From Azolla caroliniana (taxonomy: Eukaryota > Plantae > Polypodiophyta): a stretch of DNA of 64,000 nt. Position numbers and translations under genes: made by a program. Of the stretch, positions 22,957 to 34,706 are shown one piece after another. Below the pieces are notes generated by a model. It saw nothing but the letters and a program-made list of their open reading frames with translations, had not been told where the DNA came from and searched no databases. The DNA lies in contig JBHGNT010000022.1 in NCBI GenBank assembly GCA_043228905.1, forward strand, positions 11,594,001 through 11,658,000, in the 5' to 3' direction. How positions within the stretch are numbered: the stretch's first letter is position 1; every line of letters starts with the position of its first letter.

Positions 22957-23437
22957 CACGTGGCATGATTTGATTGGTTTGCCATGAGCTTTGTAATGAT
23001 GACGTGGCATGATTCGATCGGTTGCTACGCGCTTGTAGTGATGACGTGGCATGATTTGATTGGTTTGCCATGAGCTTTGTAATGATGATGTGGCATGATT
23101 CGATCGGTTGCTACGTGCTTGTAGTGATGACGTGGCATGATTTGATTGGTTTGCTATGTGGCTGTAGTGATGATGTGGCATGATTTGATTGGTTTGCTAT
23201 GCGGTTGTAGTGATGATGAGGCATGATTTGATTGGTGTGTTATGCGGTTGTAGTGATGACGTGGCATGATTTGATTGGTTTACTATGCGGTTGTGGTGAT
23301 GACGTGGCATGATTTGATTGGTGTGTTATGAGGTTGTAGTGATGATGTGGCATGATTTGATTGGTTCGCTATGCGGTTGTGGTGATGACGTGGCATGATT
23401 TGATTGGTTTGCTACGCGGTTGTAGTGATGATGTGGC
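22957..23437. repeat. Tandem array, ~11.5 x ~43 bp, with units carrying TGACGTGGC and ATTGG (minus strand CCAAT-N9-CCACG)
   Basis: Consensus GTAGTGATGACGTGGCATGATTTGATTGGTTTGCTATGCGGTT read directly from the sequence. Confidence 0.95.
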
Positions 23438-23605
23438 GTGGCAGGTGTCCAGGGGGCACAAACTATTGCACTAAACTCAAACCCAATTTACCAAATTGTT
23501 TGGTGTGATCGTATTTGAGAACAAAGCATAGCTCCTGTTTGGCTTGCAATGGCCAGAGTTTTTCCTTGCCACATGCCATCACAACGTGAGATCTTATGAT
23601 GTAAC

Positions 23606-24461
23606 TAGCTATGGGCCATGGTTTTAACGGTTTATTGGTTCCAAAATTTTTACTTTAATGGTTTGTTTTGGTTTGGATTTTTAATAAACGGTTTGGTTTA
23701 AGTTCGATCTAACCGAACCGAACCGTTAAGCCATGGTTTAACAGTTTCTTGGTTCCAAAAAAACTAGAATGGTTTGTTTTGGTTTGGATTTTTAGTAAAC
23801 GGTTCGATTTAAGTTCGGTCAAATCGAACCGAACCGTTAAGCCATGGTTTAACGGTTTATTGGTTCCAAAAAAACTTTAATGGTTTGTTTTGGTTTGGAT
23901 ATTTAATAAACGTTCAGTTTAAGTTCGGCTTGGTTCCAAAACTCAGGTTTATGGGTTTATAGGTTTAAATGTTTTTTGGTTTTTGGTTAACTTTTTTTTC
24001 CCCCTTCATAGTTATTTTATTGATTTAATTAATTTAGCTTAAATGCTTATTAAATTTAATGGCTTAATTAATGTTTTTTAATTGATTTAATTAATTTAGC
24101 TTAAGTGCTTATTAGATTTAATGGTTTCATTAATGATTTTTTATTGATTTAATAAATTTAACTTAAATTCTTATTTAATTTAATGTATTTTTATTTATTT
24201 AGATTTTTACTTAGTTTGACTTAAATTGGTTAAGTTTAAATTTTTTATTAAATGGTTCGGTTTGGTATCAACTTTTCCCTCAATAGTTTAGGTTTAAATG
24301 GTTTGGTTTACCTTTTCTTAAATGGTTTAGTTAAAATGGCCTAAAAGTTCATAAACGGTTTGGTTTGGTTTTTGTTTTATATAAATGGTTTGGTTCACTT
24401 TGGTTCAATTTCAAGGCAAAGAAAACCGAACTAAACTGAAATGGAACTGGGCCCATTGCTA
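23606..24461. mobile_element. hAT-like non-autonomous element / MITE with AACCG-rich subterminal repeats
   Basis: TIR TAGCTATGGGCC / GGCCCATTGCTA; TSD GATGTAAC / GTTGTAAC (7/8); internal repeats of ~110-120 bp, three copies. Confidence 0.8.
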
Positions 24462-26064
24462 GTTGTAACATGTTGATACTACATTTGGTTCCATAGGTGC
24501 ATCTCTCTCTGTGTGCAACTACGATTGCCACCATGGGTAAGAAGATGGGGGTAACCAAGACGAAAGAAGAAGACAAACATGTTCAAGTTCTCAAATAGAT
24601 GAAGATGAATGTGCATTTAACAAAGCTTGGTTAAACTCTTACCTTGTTTGTTAAGCTCAAACAAGACAAACCCAAAATACAATTGGTAATCCCTCACAAC
24701 ATTGAATCTTCATTCCTGAAAGAAGTCAATGAATAACTTCAAATTGAATACAAAGCAATGAACGTGGAGATTACCAAGGACAAAGGGGGTTAAGTTATGA
24801 TGTTCCTAGACAAAATCCATGAACGATGTTGAAATTTTGGAGAACTTGAGATTGTGGTAAGGAAGGGTTCATGATCACATCAAGAGAACTAGCAGTGATA
24901 CATAATTTGCTAAACATAGGAGAGTTATTGAAAAGCTAAAAAAATAGTGAATCATGTCAAATTTTGGGTATTTGATTAATCAAAGAGTTCATAAAACTTG
25001 AAGTTTAACCATTTGGCTAGGTGGTGCAAATGGTGCTAGTTACGTGGCCAGCCCTTTAGGGGGGAGTGATGGTGTGAACATGTCAACAAAACTTTGGACC
25101 ATGATCAATGGAGTGGATGGGCGAAAGTAATAGTTAGGATCGTGGTCAACTGACCTTAGTAATTGGATGGAGTTTACTTTCCCGCTTCCATTGTGTTTCT
25201 ATGATAAGTCTTAGTACATGCAAATATTAACAATTCCATGCTTTATTTATGAAAATAGGGAGGAAGAGTGGAGAACCACTGGAAAAATAAAAGTGACTTG
25301 GGTCTTTCAATTGTTGTATATTTTGAAATAATAAGGAAAATTGCCCCCTATGTCCTTTGTCTAAATTATGAACAAAAACCTCAAGCCAATAGTTACTCAT
25401 GCCACTCTGTCAGAATAGAGAGGATGTTGGTCATAACAAATAACTCGAGAATAGTTAGTAACATGGAAAATTTTCATATAAATGTAGAACATTTTGAAGC
25501 CTTTTCAATTCGAAACATGCAAACTTGAGTTCCTTTAAGCAATGTTGAAGTAGTGGTAGTATTTGGAAGCTTTTAATAACAAACATTTACCTTGCTTTGG
25601 CATCCGTATGATGTGAATAAAACGGACCATGGCAATATTAACTTATGACAAACAAACTATGGAGATTAATAAAGAGCATTATGGCTAAATATTCGCATTA
25701 TTGATTATATTGAACAATGCCACAATGATCTCCCAAGAGGCGGAAGTTATTGCAACTACTAGTGATAAGCTATTCAATTTAGAGAATACAATGCATGTCG
25801 CAAAATTGAATCTAGTTAATTAATCAACTAATCGACCAACCCAAGGTGGTGGTGTTAATCGGACTTGTAACGAATATGTCCTTATGGAATATCATTTTGC
25901 ACATCGATGAGAATATCTCCCTTAAGATCAATGACTTATGGCTAACAATTCAATGAAGTTTTAATTTATTAAATGAGCTTTTCGAATGTCACATTATTAG
26001 TTGTATGATGTATCTTAAGATTTCATTTGTTTAAATTATAAAATAACCCTACCCACTCATTGTA

Positions 26065-26136
26065 GCTCCTATAGCACAGTGGTAGTGCATCCGCCTTTTA
26101 AGCGAATTGTCGTGGGTTCGAACCCCACTGGGGGCA
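26065..26136 (+). tRNA. tRNA-Lys (anticodon TTT)
   Basis: Cloverleaf: acceptor GCTCCTA/TGGGGGC, D-arm GCAC/GTGC, anticodon loop CTTTTAA, T-arm GTGGG-TTCGAAC-CCCAC; one C-A mismatch in the anticodon stem. Confidence 0.8.
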
Positions 26137-27949
26137 GTAGCTATTTGTATGCAAATAGCTTTTCGTGTGGTTTAACTTTTCACTTTGCAAGTACAACTCC
26201 TTGTCCTTATTTGTAGTCTTATTGTGGACTCCATTGCGAGAATGTTGATGCCTCTTAAGTGCCACAATATATTTCAAATGCATCTCTAGTCTATCATCAT
26301 TGTGCGTGATGCTGAAATGTTAAGTCAATATGTGTCGAAACAACTTATCAACTTTTCTGAAATAGCCGGTAGTGTATATTTGACACAATCAATTTGTGTT
26401 GTATATTTTGACATTTTGTGTGCTTCTTGTTCATTGCCATCCCAATAGATGTTTGTATGTTTGGGTCTAAGATGTATGTATGTATATTATATGGGCATCC
26501 TCCAAAGGCAAGAATGAAGACCTCTAGAATCCAAAAAGAGTCATTCCAAGACGAACTCTTATGATGATGCAAAGGGTGTAATCGCTAATGGTTCATACGT
26601 ATATGTGCATAAGAGGTCGGGTGTGACCAACTTAGAAATGTTTCGAGGGAATGGTGCTTGGAGTTATTGATGGTCATGTGTTCGTGAATGTTTCACACTA
26701 TAGTGTTCATCCTTCATCTGGTAAAGTTTGCAAATGTGGTTTTCTATAGCAAGTTCCCTTCAAGCTCCATCCTTAATTTCGAGATCATGATTGCAAATGT
26801 CCAAGATGGTCGCAATACTCTTCTTTAGTTAAATGACATGAGGTATGAAAATGTGGCGGGGTGCATCCCACCATTTTGCAAGTAGGTGTCCCAACATATT
26901 GGGTATATGTGGCTCGTGAGTATATTAGTATTGCAATTCATTATTATTGGCATCCTTGTTCCATTTGGTTGTAACAACATTAATAAGGCATGATTTGATG
27001 TTTGTCACGAGCATATCATGAGTGTGTAGCTCAAATTGGGCTACCACGTTCCATTGATTAAATCATTTGTATGTGTCATGTCGTTTGTGTTATGTTTTTT
27101 GTTGGTAGTATCCCAATCTTGGATTGATAGGCAATGTGTCTCCATGTCATTTACTTTAGCTATAGAAATGTGCTTGTCTCCTCATACCCGTTAGTTATAC
27201 TATTCTCGCTCTCATTTTGAGGATCATCATTGAGTGTAATCTGCTCTCTCTTTTTGGTAAAAGCACATAATTATATTAATTGTATGTAAAATCCACTTGT
27301 TACAACTTCTTAGTCTCTTTTACCTACCTATCCTATGTATGGAGAGGGACATCTCCTGAATAACTAATACAAACCTAAATGTGCACTTGAGGAAATGATC
27401 CTCACATGCTATAACATCTAGAAATTCCACATAAGAAAGCCTTTCAACTTCTTCGTATAGGCTTTCACCCCATGTCTGCTATCAAACATGAAAGCATTAC
27501 GCATATTCCAATTGTGTTGTAAAAATTCGAACAATATCTTCAGCTCGTCATTTGGACCATTTTGAACATACTAAGAAAAAACCCATTGTTGAGTGTAACG
27601 TGCTCTCTCTCTCTCTCTCTCTCTGGTGAAAACACACAATTATATTAATATAAATGTGTGTAAAAAACACTACTTACAATGTGACAATGGAATATGGTCA
27701 CCCACTAACTACACTACATGGGTAGTGGAACATGTTAAATTGCCAATAGGCAAGACGAACACTCCATCGAGGAAAGAATTTCCACTTGCTCCAATAAAGA
27801 AAATTGCCACATTAGTACTCCAATTTTCGTAGATATGCTTTCACTCCATGTCTACCATCGAATACAAGAGTGTTGCACATCTTCCAATTATGACGCAATC
27901 CCCAATATCTCAAAAATAGAAAAACGATCTCCATCTCTGATTTTGGGTC

Positions 27950-28230
27950 AACCTGTGTAAATTGTGCAAACACCCACTGTCTAGGTGTCAAATAACACCG
28001 TGATAAGACTTGCCAAATTTTAGAGATGTAACTCCAAATCTAACAAACAATCGGACATTGTATAAATCGATGAGTACTATCTTCCATTTGAACAGTGCAA
28101 AAAAAGCAATTACCTGTTGCTAGCACATGACGCTTTAGAGCTAATCTCAAAGGCAATCCTCCAATCAAAACTCTCCAAATGAAGACATTTACTACAAGTG
28201 CCAATTTAGAATGCCAACTACGTTGTAAGA
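27950..28230 (-). mobile_element. L1-type LINE remnant (zf-RVT region), split by the Gypsy insertion; continues ~34809-35270
   Basis: Minus-strand FIWRVLIGGLPL...CFFCTVQMEDSTHRFIQCP..IW. Confidence 0.65.
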
Positions 28231-28721
28231 TCTACGACAAGACTCGAACCCATGACCTTAGGTTATATGGGTCGAGCTCTTCACCATTAGACCATCTATT
28301 GTAATACGTAAAATATTATTTTCATTTTCATTTTATTATAGGAAATTAGTGTATATTCCAGATTTCTCTGGAACATTCTAGAAGCTTCAGGATTACTCCT
28401 GAAAACACTATAAAAGAGGGCACTAGGCATTATGTTGAACCAAATTGGTTCAACGCCAGTCTTAAGCCTTTTAGGCACCATTGTATATTCTCTTCATATA
28501 ATACATATCTTTCTTATCATCACTCTCTCTCTCTCTCTCTCTCCGTCTCGCTCACTCTTTCCTTCTCTCGAAGAAGTTCTACACCTCTCATAGTACTAAT
28601 CCTTCGTTTAGTACTAATTCCTTCTCTGTCTCAGTATTGTTCCTGACAATTTGAACCAATTTGCCTACCTTCTATCTCTCTCATTTCCTACTTATCTCTT
28701 ATTCCTCTTTTCTTTCATCCC

Positions 28722-29873
28722 ATGGCCACGGTTAGCGCTGAAGAATATCAATCTGTTTTCTCAGAATTTCAATGCTTGAAAGAGAAGTTCCATGCTTTGG
28801 AACAAGAAAACCAACGGTTGTTGGGGGATCTTCAGCAAATCTCCTTAGAAAAGCAGCAAACACAACAACAGCATGGGGAACTTGCGTTACGCGTGCAACA
28901 ACTCGAAGCAACCATCGTAGCGATGCAACAACAAGGGCCCGGAACACAAGGGATTCATAAAGAACCCAAGATTGGCCTTCCCACGAAGTTCTATGGAATG
29001 CGATCGCAGTTTAGAGGGTTCCTTAACCAGGTACGATTAGTTATCCAAATGCATGTTTCCCGATATCCCACTGATGCATCACGAGTGGGTTTAGTAGGCA
29101 CTTTGTTAAGTGGCTCAGCGTTGTCATGGTTCGCTCCACTATTAGAAAAGGAATCTCCGTTACTCAACAATTTTGAAGAGTTTCTAGGTGAGTTTAAAGC
29201 ATGTTTCGGAGATACTGACAGCATCAGGACCGCAATCAACAAAATTCGGCGATTATGCCAAGGTGACCGTCCAGCCTCCGCATACGCTGCAGATTTTCGC
29301 CTACTCGCCGCCGATATCCCTTGGGATGATCAAGCGTTGATGGAGCAATTTCGTTATGGTTTACGCAACGACGTCAAGGATTTACTCTTGACCTTCCCCG
29401 AAAAGCCAAAGTCCTTAACAGAAGCAATCAGTCGCGCGGTGAGATGTGACAACCGCCTCTTTGAGCGACGTTCGGAAAGACAGCTACAGATGCCGAGGCC
29501 AAGATCAGAGCCCACCTATGCCTCACTGGTAGCAAGACCTTTTCCGAGGGAGTCATATAATGCGCCTCCAGTGAATACTCCGACTCCGATGGAGATTGAC
29601 ACTACACGTCGTCGAGGGCCATTATCCGAAGAAGAAAAGCAACGACGCCGTACAAATCGACTATGTCTTTACTGCGGTGGACCAGGACATATCGCAATAA
29701 ATTGCCCCCATAGGCCTCGAAGACAGGTAAACCAAATAGTCGCTAGTTCTAATTGTACTAAACTCGAGCCTATTTCAGTAGGAATATCTGATAGTCCTAA
29801 TAGTACTAATAGCCCAGATCTAGCGAACAAATTTGATGTCCTTAGTCAGTTAGAAGAAGAGTTAAACGACTAA
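28722..29873 (+). CDS. Gag (Ty3/PEG10-like capsid, CCHC knuckle)
   Basis: PTPMEID...RLCLYCGGPGHIAINCP. Confidence 0.93.
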   Translation: MATVSAEEYQSVFSEFQCLKEKFHALEQENQRLLGDLQQISLEKQQTQQQHGELALRVQQLEATIVAMQQQGPGTQGIHKEPKIGLPTKFYGMRSQFRGFLNQVRLVIQMHVSRYPTDASRVGLVGTLLSGSALSWFAPLLEKESPLLNNFEEFLGEFKACFGDTDSIRTAINKIRRLCQGDRPASAYAADFRLLAADIPWDDQALMEQFRYGLRNDVKDLLLTFPEKPKSLTEAISRAVRCDNRLFERRSERQLQMPRPRSEPTYASLVARPFPRESYNAPPVNTPTPMEIDTTRRRGPLSEEEKQRRRTNRLCLYCGGPGHIAINCPHRPRRQVNQIVASSNCTKLEPISVGISDSPNSTNSPDLANKFDVLSQLEEELND

Positions 29874-31998
29874 GTCCAGCCAAAATAGGAGCCGTTTGGT
29901 TGGACAACCCTAGATCTGTGCAACCCATTAGTGGTTCCATTCCCTCTAAGCAAGTTAGTGATGTGTTCGTAGCCCAAGTAATAGTTAGTACTAAAAGTAC
30001 CCCTCCAGTACATGTCCTAGCACTCCTAGATTCCGGAGCTAACTCTTGCTTTATGGATAAGAAATTTGCTCAAGCTCATAAGATATCCCTAAGAAAACTC
30101 CAGTGTCCAGCCTCTATAGTAGTCATTGATGGACGTCCCATTGCTTCCGAAAATATCATAGAAGAGTCAGAGCCCATTAATATTGTCCTAGATAACTTAG
30201 CATGTGTAGTATCATTTAATATTATTAGTATCCCAGAACATCCTATAGTTTTAGGATTACCATGGTTCGAGTTACATAACCCAGACATAGATTGGAGAAC
30301 AAGAGAAATCCGGTGTCGACAAACCCAAGGGTCAACTCAGAAGATGGCAACCATTTCCCTACGTCAGTTGCGTAGAGAAGGGCATGAGGAGGAAATGTTC
30401 CTCTTTGCAATATCAGTAAACCCCTCCAGCACCATTAACGAAGAATCCATCGTTCAACTTCCCGAGAAGTATCGTCATTACGCTAATGTGTTCGATAAAG
30501 TACAAGCCAACACACTTCCTCATCATCGACTGTACGATTGCCCCATCGATTTACAACCGGGAAAAGAGCCGCCATGGGGACCGATCTACAATTTGTCACC
30601 AACCGAGCTGGAAGTCCTTCGGGCCTATATCGAGGAGAATTTGGAAAATGGTTTCATTCGACATTCGAAATCCCCAGGCGGCGCGCCCATTTTCTTCGTC
30701 AAGAAAAAAGATGGATCGCTTCGTCTCGTTGTAGATTACCGTGGCTTGAATAAGGTTACAATCAGGAATAGGTATGCTCTTCCCCTTATCTCAAGTCTTT
30801 TAGAACGGATCAACGGTGCCAGGTTCTTCACGAAGATCGACTTACGGGGAGCATATAACCTCGTACGGATCCGACCAGGATACGAATGGAAGACCGTGTT
30901 TCGCACCAAATATGGGCACTTCGAGTATACGATCATGCCGTTCGGCCTCACTAATGCGTCGGCAGTCTTCCAACACATGGCTAATGATATATTCGAGATC
31001 TATTGGATGATTTTTTGATCATCTATTTGGATGATCTACTGGTTTATTCAAAGACCCAAGAAGAACATGATTCTCATGTACTATTAGTACTAAAACGACT
31101 TCGAGAACATGGTCTGTATGCAAAGCTGGAAAAATGTAGTTTCGGGTGCATCCAAGTGGAATTTCTCAGCTACATCATTTCGTCAGAAGGCATCTCCATG
31201 GACCCAGCTAAGGTCAAAACGGTGGTAGAATGGCAGACTCCGCGTTCGGTGCGGTGTCGTGAAGAATGTGCTTCACGATATAAAAATGAGCTTAAATGTT
31301 GTATTTAATAATATTTGAGAGACTTGAACCCACATCCTTATATACGATGTACAATGTACATACCACTAGGCTAGGCTATTTATTTGTAAAAGTGTGTAAT
31401 AAATGTGCTTCATGATATAAGAATGAAGCTATATATTGTATTAAGTAAAATTGAGGGACTTGAACCCTCAACCTTGTATATCAAGCACAAACCATACACC
31501 ACTAAGCTAGGTTATTTGTTTTAGGGTTATATCCATCATTATACTTATCCCAATACATGGGAGCTCAAATGAGCATGATGGCTATCATGCATCACATGCA
31601 ATGCATGTGCGCCAAATGGCGATCATGCATCAGATGTAACTCATGCATTACATGCATGACATTACCATATGCATGGAAATACTTATAAAAAGAGAGGAAA
31701 GGAAAACAAAAAGGGAATCAATCAATCAAGAGAGAGTGAGAAAATAATACAATCAATTGAAGAAGATTAGCTCATTGGGTGGGTGGAGAACCTCTCGTTT
31801 CGAAGTTGAGGTCGAGGGTTCAAATCAAGGGTCGGTATTGAAAAGATTCATCTTGCGATCAAGGATTGTAAAGTTGGTAAAATATTATATTTTTAATATA
31901 CATCATGTTTATATCATATACTCTTGTTCTTTGAATCATACTTTGTCTCAATCTTCTTTCTTGAATCATACATTGTCTCTATCTTTTATCTATGCTCG

Positions 31999-32035
<37 letters not shown>

Positions 32036-34378
32036 TTACTTGTAACTCTTCATCTTACTATCCTTAACCATTCTATCATCACCATACAAGCCTATTAAAC
32101 TTAAGTTTCTTCAACTCCCCTTAACCTTAGTCCCCGCGACTTCGCCGCACGAACCACAACTACCCCGACAGCGGGATGTGCAATGCTTCCTAGGCTTTGC
32201 CAATTTTTACCGGAAGTTCATACAAGATTACTCAAAGATCGTTCTACCTCTCACACAACTTACCAGGAAGGGACAACCGTTCATCTGGTCTGAAGAAACG
32301 GACATGGCTTTCGAGAGTCTTAAAAAGGCATTTACATCGGCTCCAATTCTAGCTCATGTCGATCCAGAAAAAGCATTCATTATCGAAGCTGATGCATCGG
32401 ATTTTGCATTGGGGAGCATTCTGTCACAACAGGGGAATGATGAGAAGCTACATCCTGTGGCTTTTCACTCACGCAAGTTTGACACCGCCGAAATTAACTA
32501 CGAAATTCATGATAAGGAGCTATTGGCAATAGTGGATTCTTTTATGCAATGGAGGCATTTTCTGGAGGGATCCTCTCATCCAGTCACCGTATTTAGTGAT
32601 CACAAGAATCTTGCCTACTTTCAGGATGCTCGTGTGTTGAATCGACGTCAAGCTCGGTGGGCCCACTTCCTCACGCGTTTCGACTTCAAAATTACATATC
32701 GTCCGGGGAAGCACCAAGGGAAGGCAGATGCATTATCACGACGTTCGTATCTAACACCCCGTCCCGGCGAGCCAGCTTTCGATAACCAAAAACAAGTCAT
32801 CTTGGAACCGGCACGACTACAAGAAACACAGATCTTTGACATGCCCATGGATTCCCACGTTATCGATACCATACGTGAAGACTTGAAGACAGATGCGTTC
32901 GCCCAAGCTATACTAGCACAAATTGATCCCTCTCGAGCGTCGTGTTCACAGTCACAACCACCAGGTACGGACTATCAGCAATTCAAATACCATGATGGAT
33001 TACTCTTCTTTAAAGAACTTTTGTATGTTCCTAATGGTTCTTGCCGCCTTCGAGTAGTTCAAAACTGCCATGACACATATACAGCTAGGCATTTTGGTAG
33101 TACTAAAACATTACATTTAGTACAACGATCATTCTGGTGGCCCTGTATGCGACAATTTGTCGAGGATTTTGTTCGGACTTGTGATACATGTTGCAGAGCG
33201 AAAATGCCAAGGCATCATCCATATGGTTTATTAGAACCATTACCAATTCCAAGCAAGCTGTGGCAATCCATTGCTCTAGACTTCATCACAGATCTTCCAG
33301 TCTCTAAGGGGTTCAATGCGATTCTAACGGTGGTCGATCGATACACGAAGATGGCTCATTTCTTGCCATGTACTAAGGAGATCTCCAGTGAAGACACTGC
33401 CGAAATTGTCATGCGTGAAGTATGTTGGCATCATGGACTTCCCGATAGTATCATCAGCGACCGTGGACCCCAGTTCGTGTCAAAATTCTGGAACCACCTT
33501 TTTAACATGCTCAAGGTCTCTTGTAACCTCTCCTCCGGCTACCACCCACAAACCGACGGCCAAGCTGAACGAACAAATCAAACGCTGGAGCAGTATCTGC
33601 GGTGCTTTCTCAGTTATCATCAGGACGACTGGGCAGATATTCTCCACTTCGCCGAATTTGCCTATAACAACTCTATCCACGCATCCACTAAAGTTACGCC
33701 ATTTTATGCTTATACGGGATGTCACCCCCGGTGGAGTGTACTTGAAACCCCAGAGGTGTCCACAAATCCGTGCACGGAGGATCGTTTGGAGCGGTTACGC
33801 AAGATACAAGCTGATTTATCTACTCATCTCCAGCAAGTTCAACAAACATACAAGGTCTACGCGGATCGTCATCGACTTCCATCCAGTTTTTTAATATTGG
33901 AGATCGGGTATGGCTGCTACAATGACACATCAAGACTACTCGCCCATGTGAGAAGTTGGATTATCGGCGATTAGGTCCTTTCCGTATTATTGGACAGATT
34001 AATGATGTCGCTTTTCGTCTCGATCTACCTCCTCAACTTCGGATACATCCGGTGTTTCATAGTTCTCTCCTCGAACCCTACCACGAGAGCACCATCCCAG
34101 GACGTCTTATCCAACCTCCACCCTCGATCGAGCTTGAAGATGGGCCGGAGTACGAGGTTGCCGCCATCCTTGATTCCAAGATTGTTCGCAACAAGCTCTA
34201 CTATCTAGTCAATTGGCTAAGCTATAGTCCCAACGAACGTACTTGGGAACCGATCGAGAATGTGACCAATGCTCGTGCTCTTCTTGAAGACTTCCATCGT
34301 CAATATCCACACAAACCGGGTCCTCAATCCAAGACGACTCGTGACACTCGTCATTTTAAAGGGGGGATAGTGTCATGA
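29864..34378 (+). pseudogene. Pol (PR-RT-RH-IN-chromodomain), disrupted by frameshifts near 30990 and 33890 and by the 31255-32170 insertion
   Basis: LLDSGAN, YLDD, ADASDFALG, GHF-like [37 protein letters not shown]. Confidence 0.93.
31255..32170 (+). mobile_element. 916-bp solo-LTR-like insertion in the chromovirus RT
   Basis: Termini TGTCG...CGACA, 4-bp TSD GCGG; removal restores PRSVRDVQCFLG. Confidence 0.9.
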
Positions 34379-34665
34379 TATGGCAAGACTCGAACCCATG
34401 ACCTTAGGTTATATGGGTCGAGCTCTTCACCATTAGACCATCTATTGTAATACGTAGGATATTATTTTCATTTACATTTTATTATAGGAAATTAGTGTAT
34501 ATTCCAGATTTCTCTGGAACATTCTAGAAGCTTCAGGATTACTCCTGAAAACACTATAAAAGAGGGCACTAGGCATTATGTTGAACCAAATTGGTTCAAC
34601 GCCAGTCTTAAGCCTTTTAGCCACCATTGTATATTCTCTTCATATAATACATATCTTTCTTATCA

Positions 34666-34706
<41 letters not shown>

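Noticed and set aside
22957-23437. CRISPR-like periodic array
   Set aside because: Sequences between the conserved cores are also repeated (no unique spacers); eukaryotic context, no cas genes
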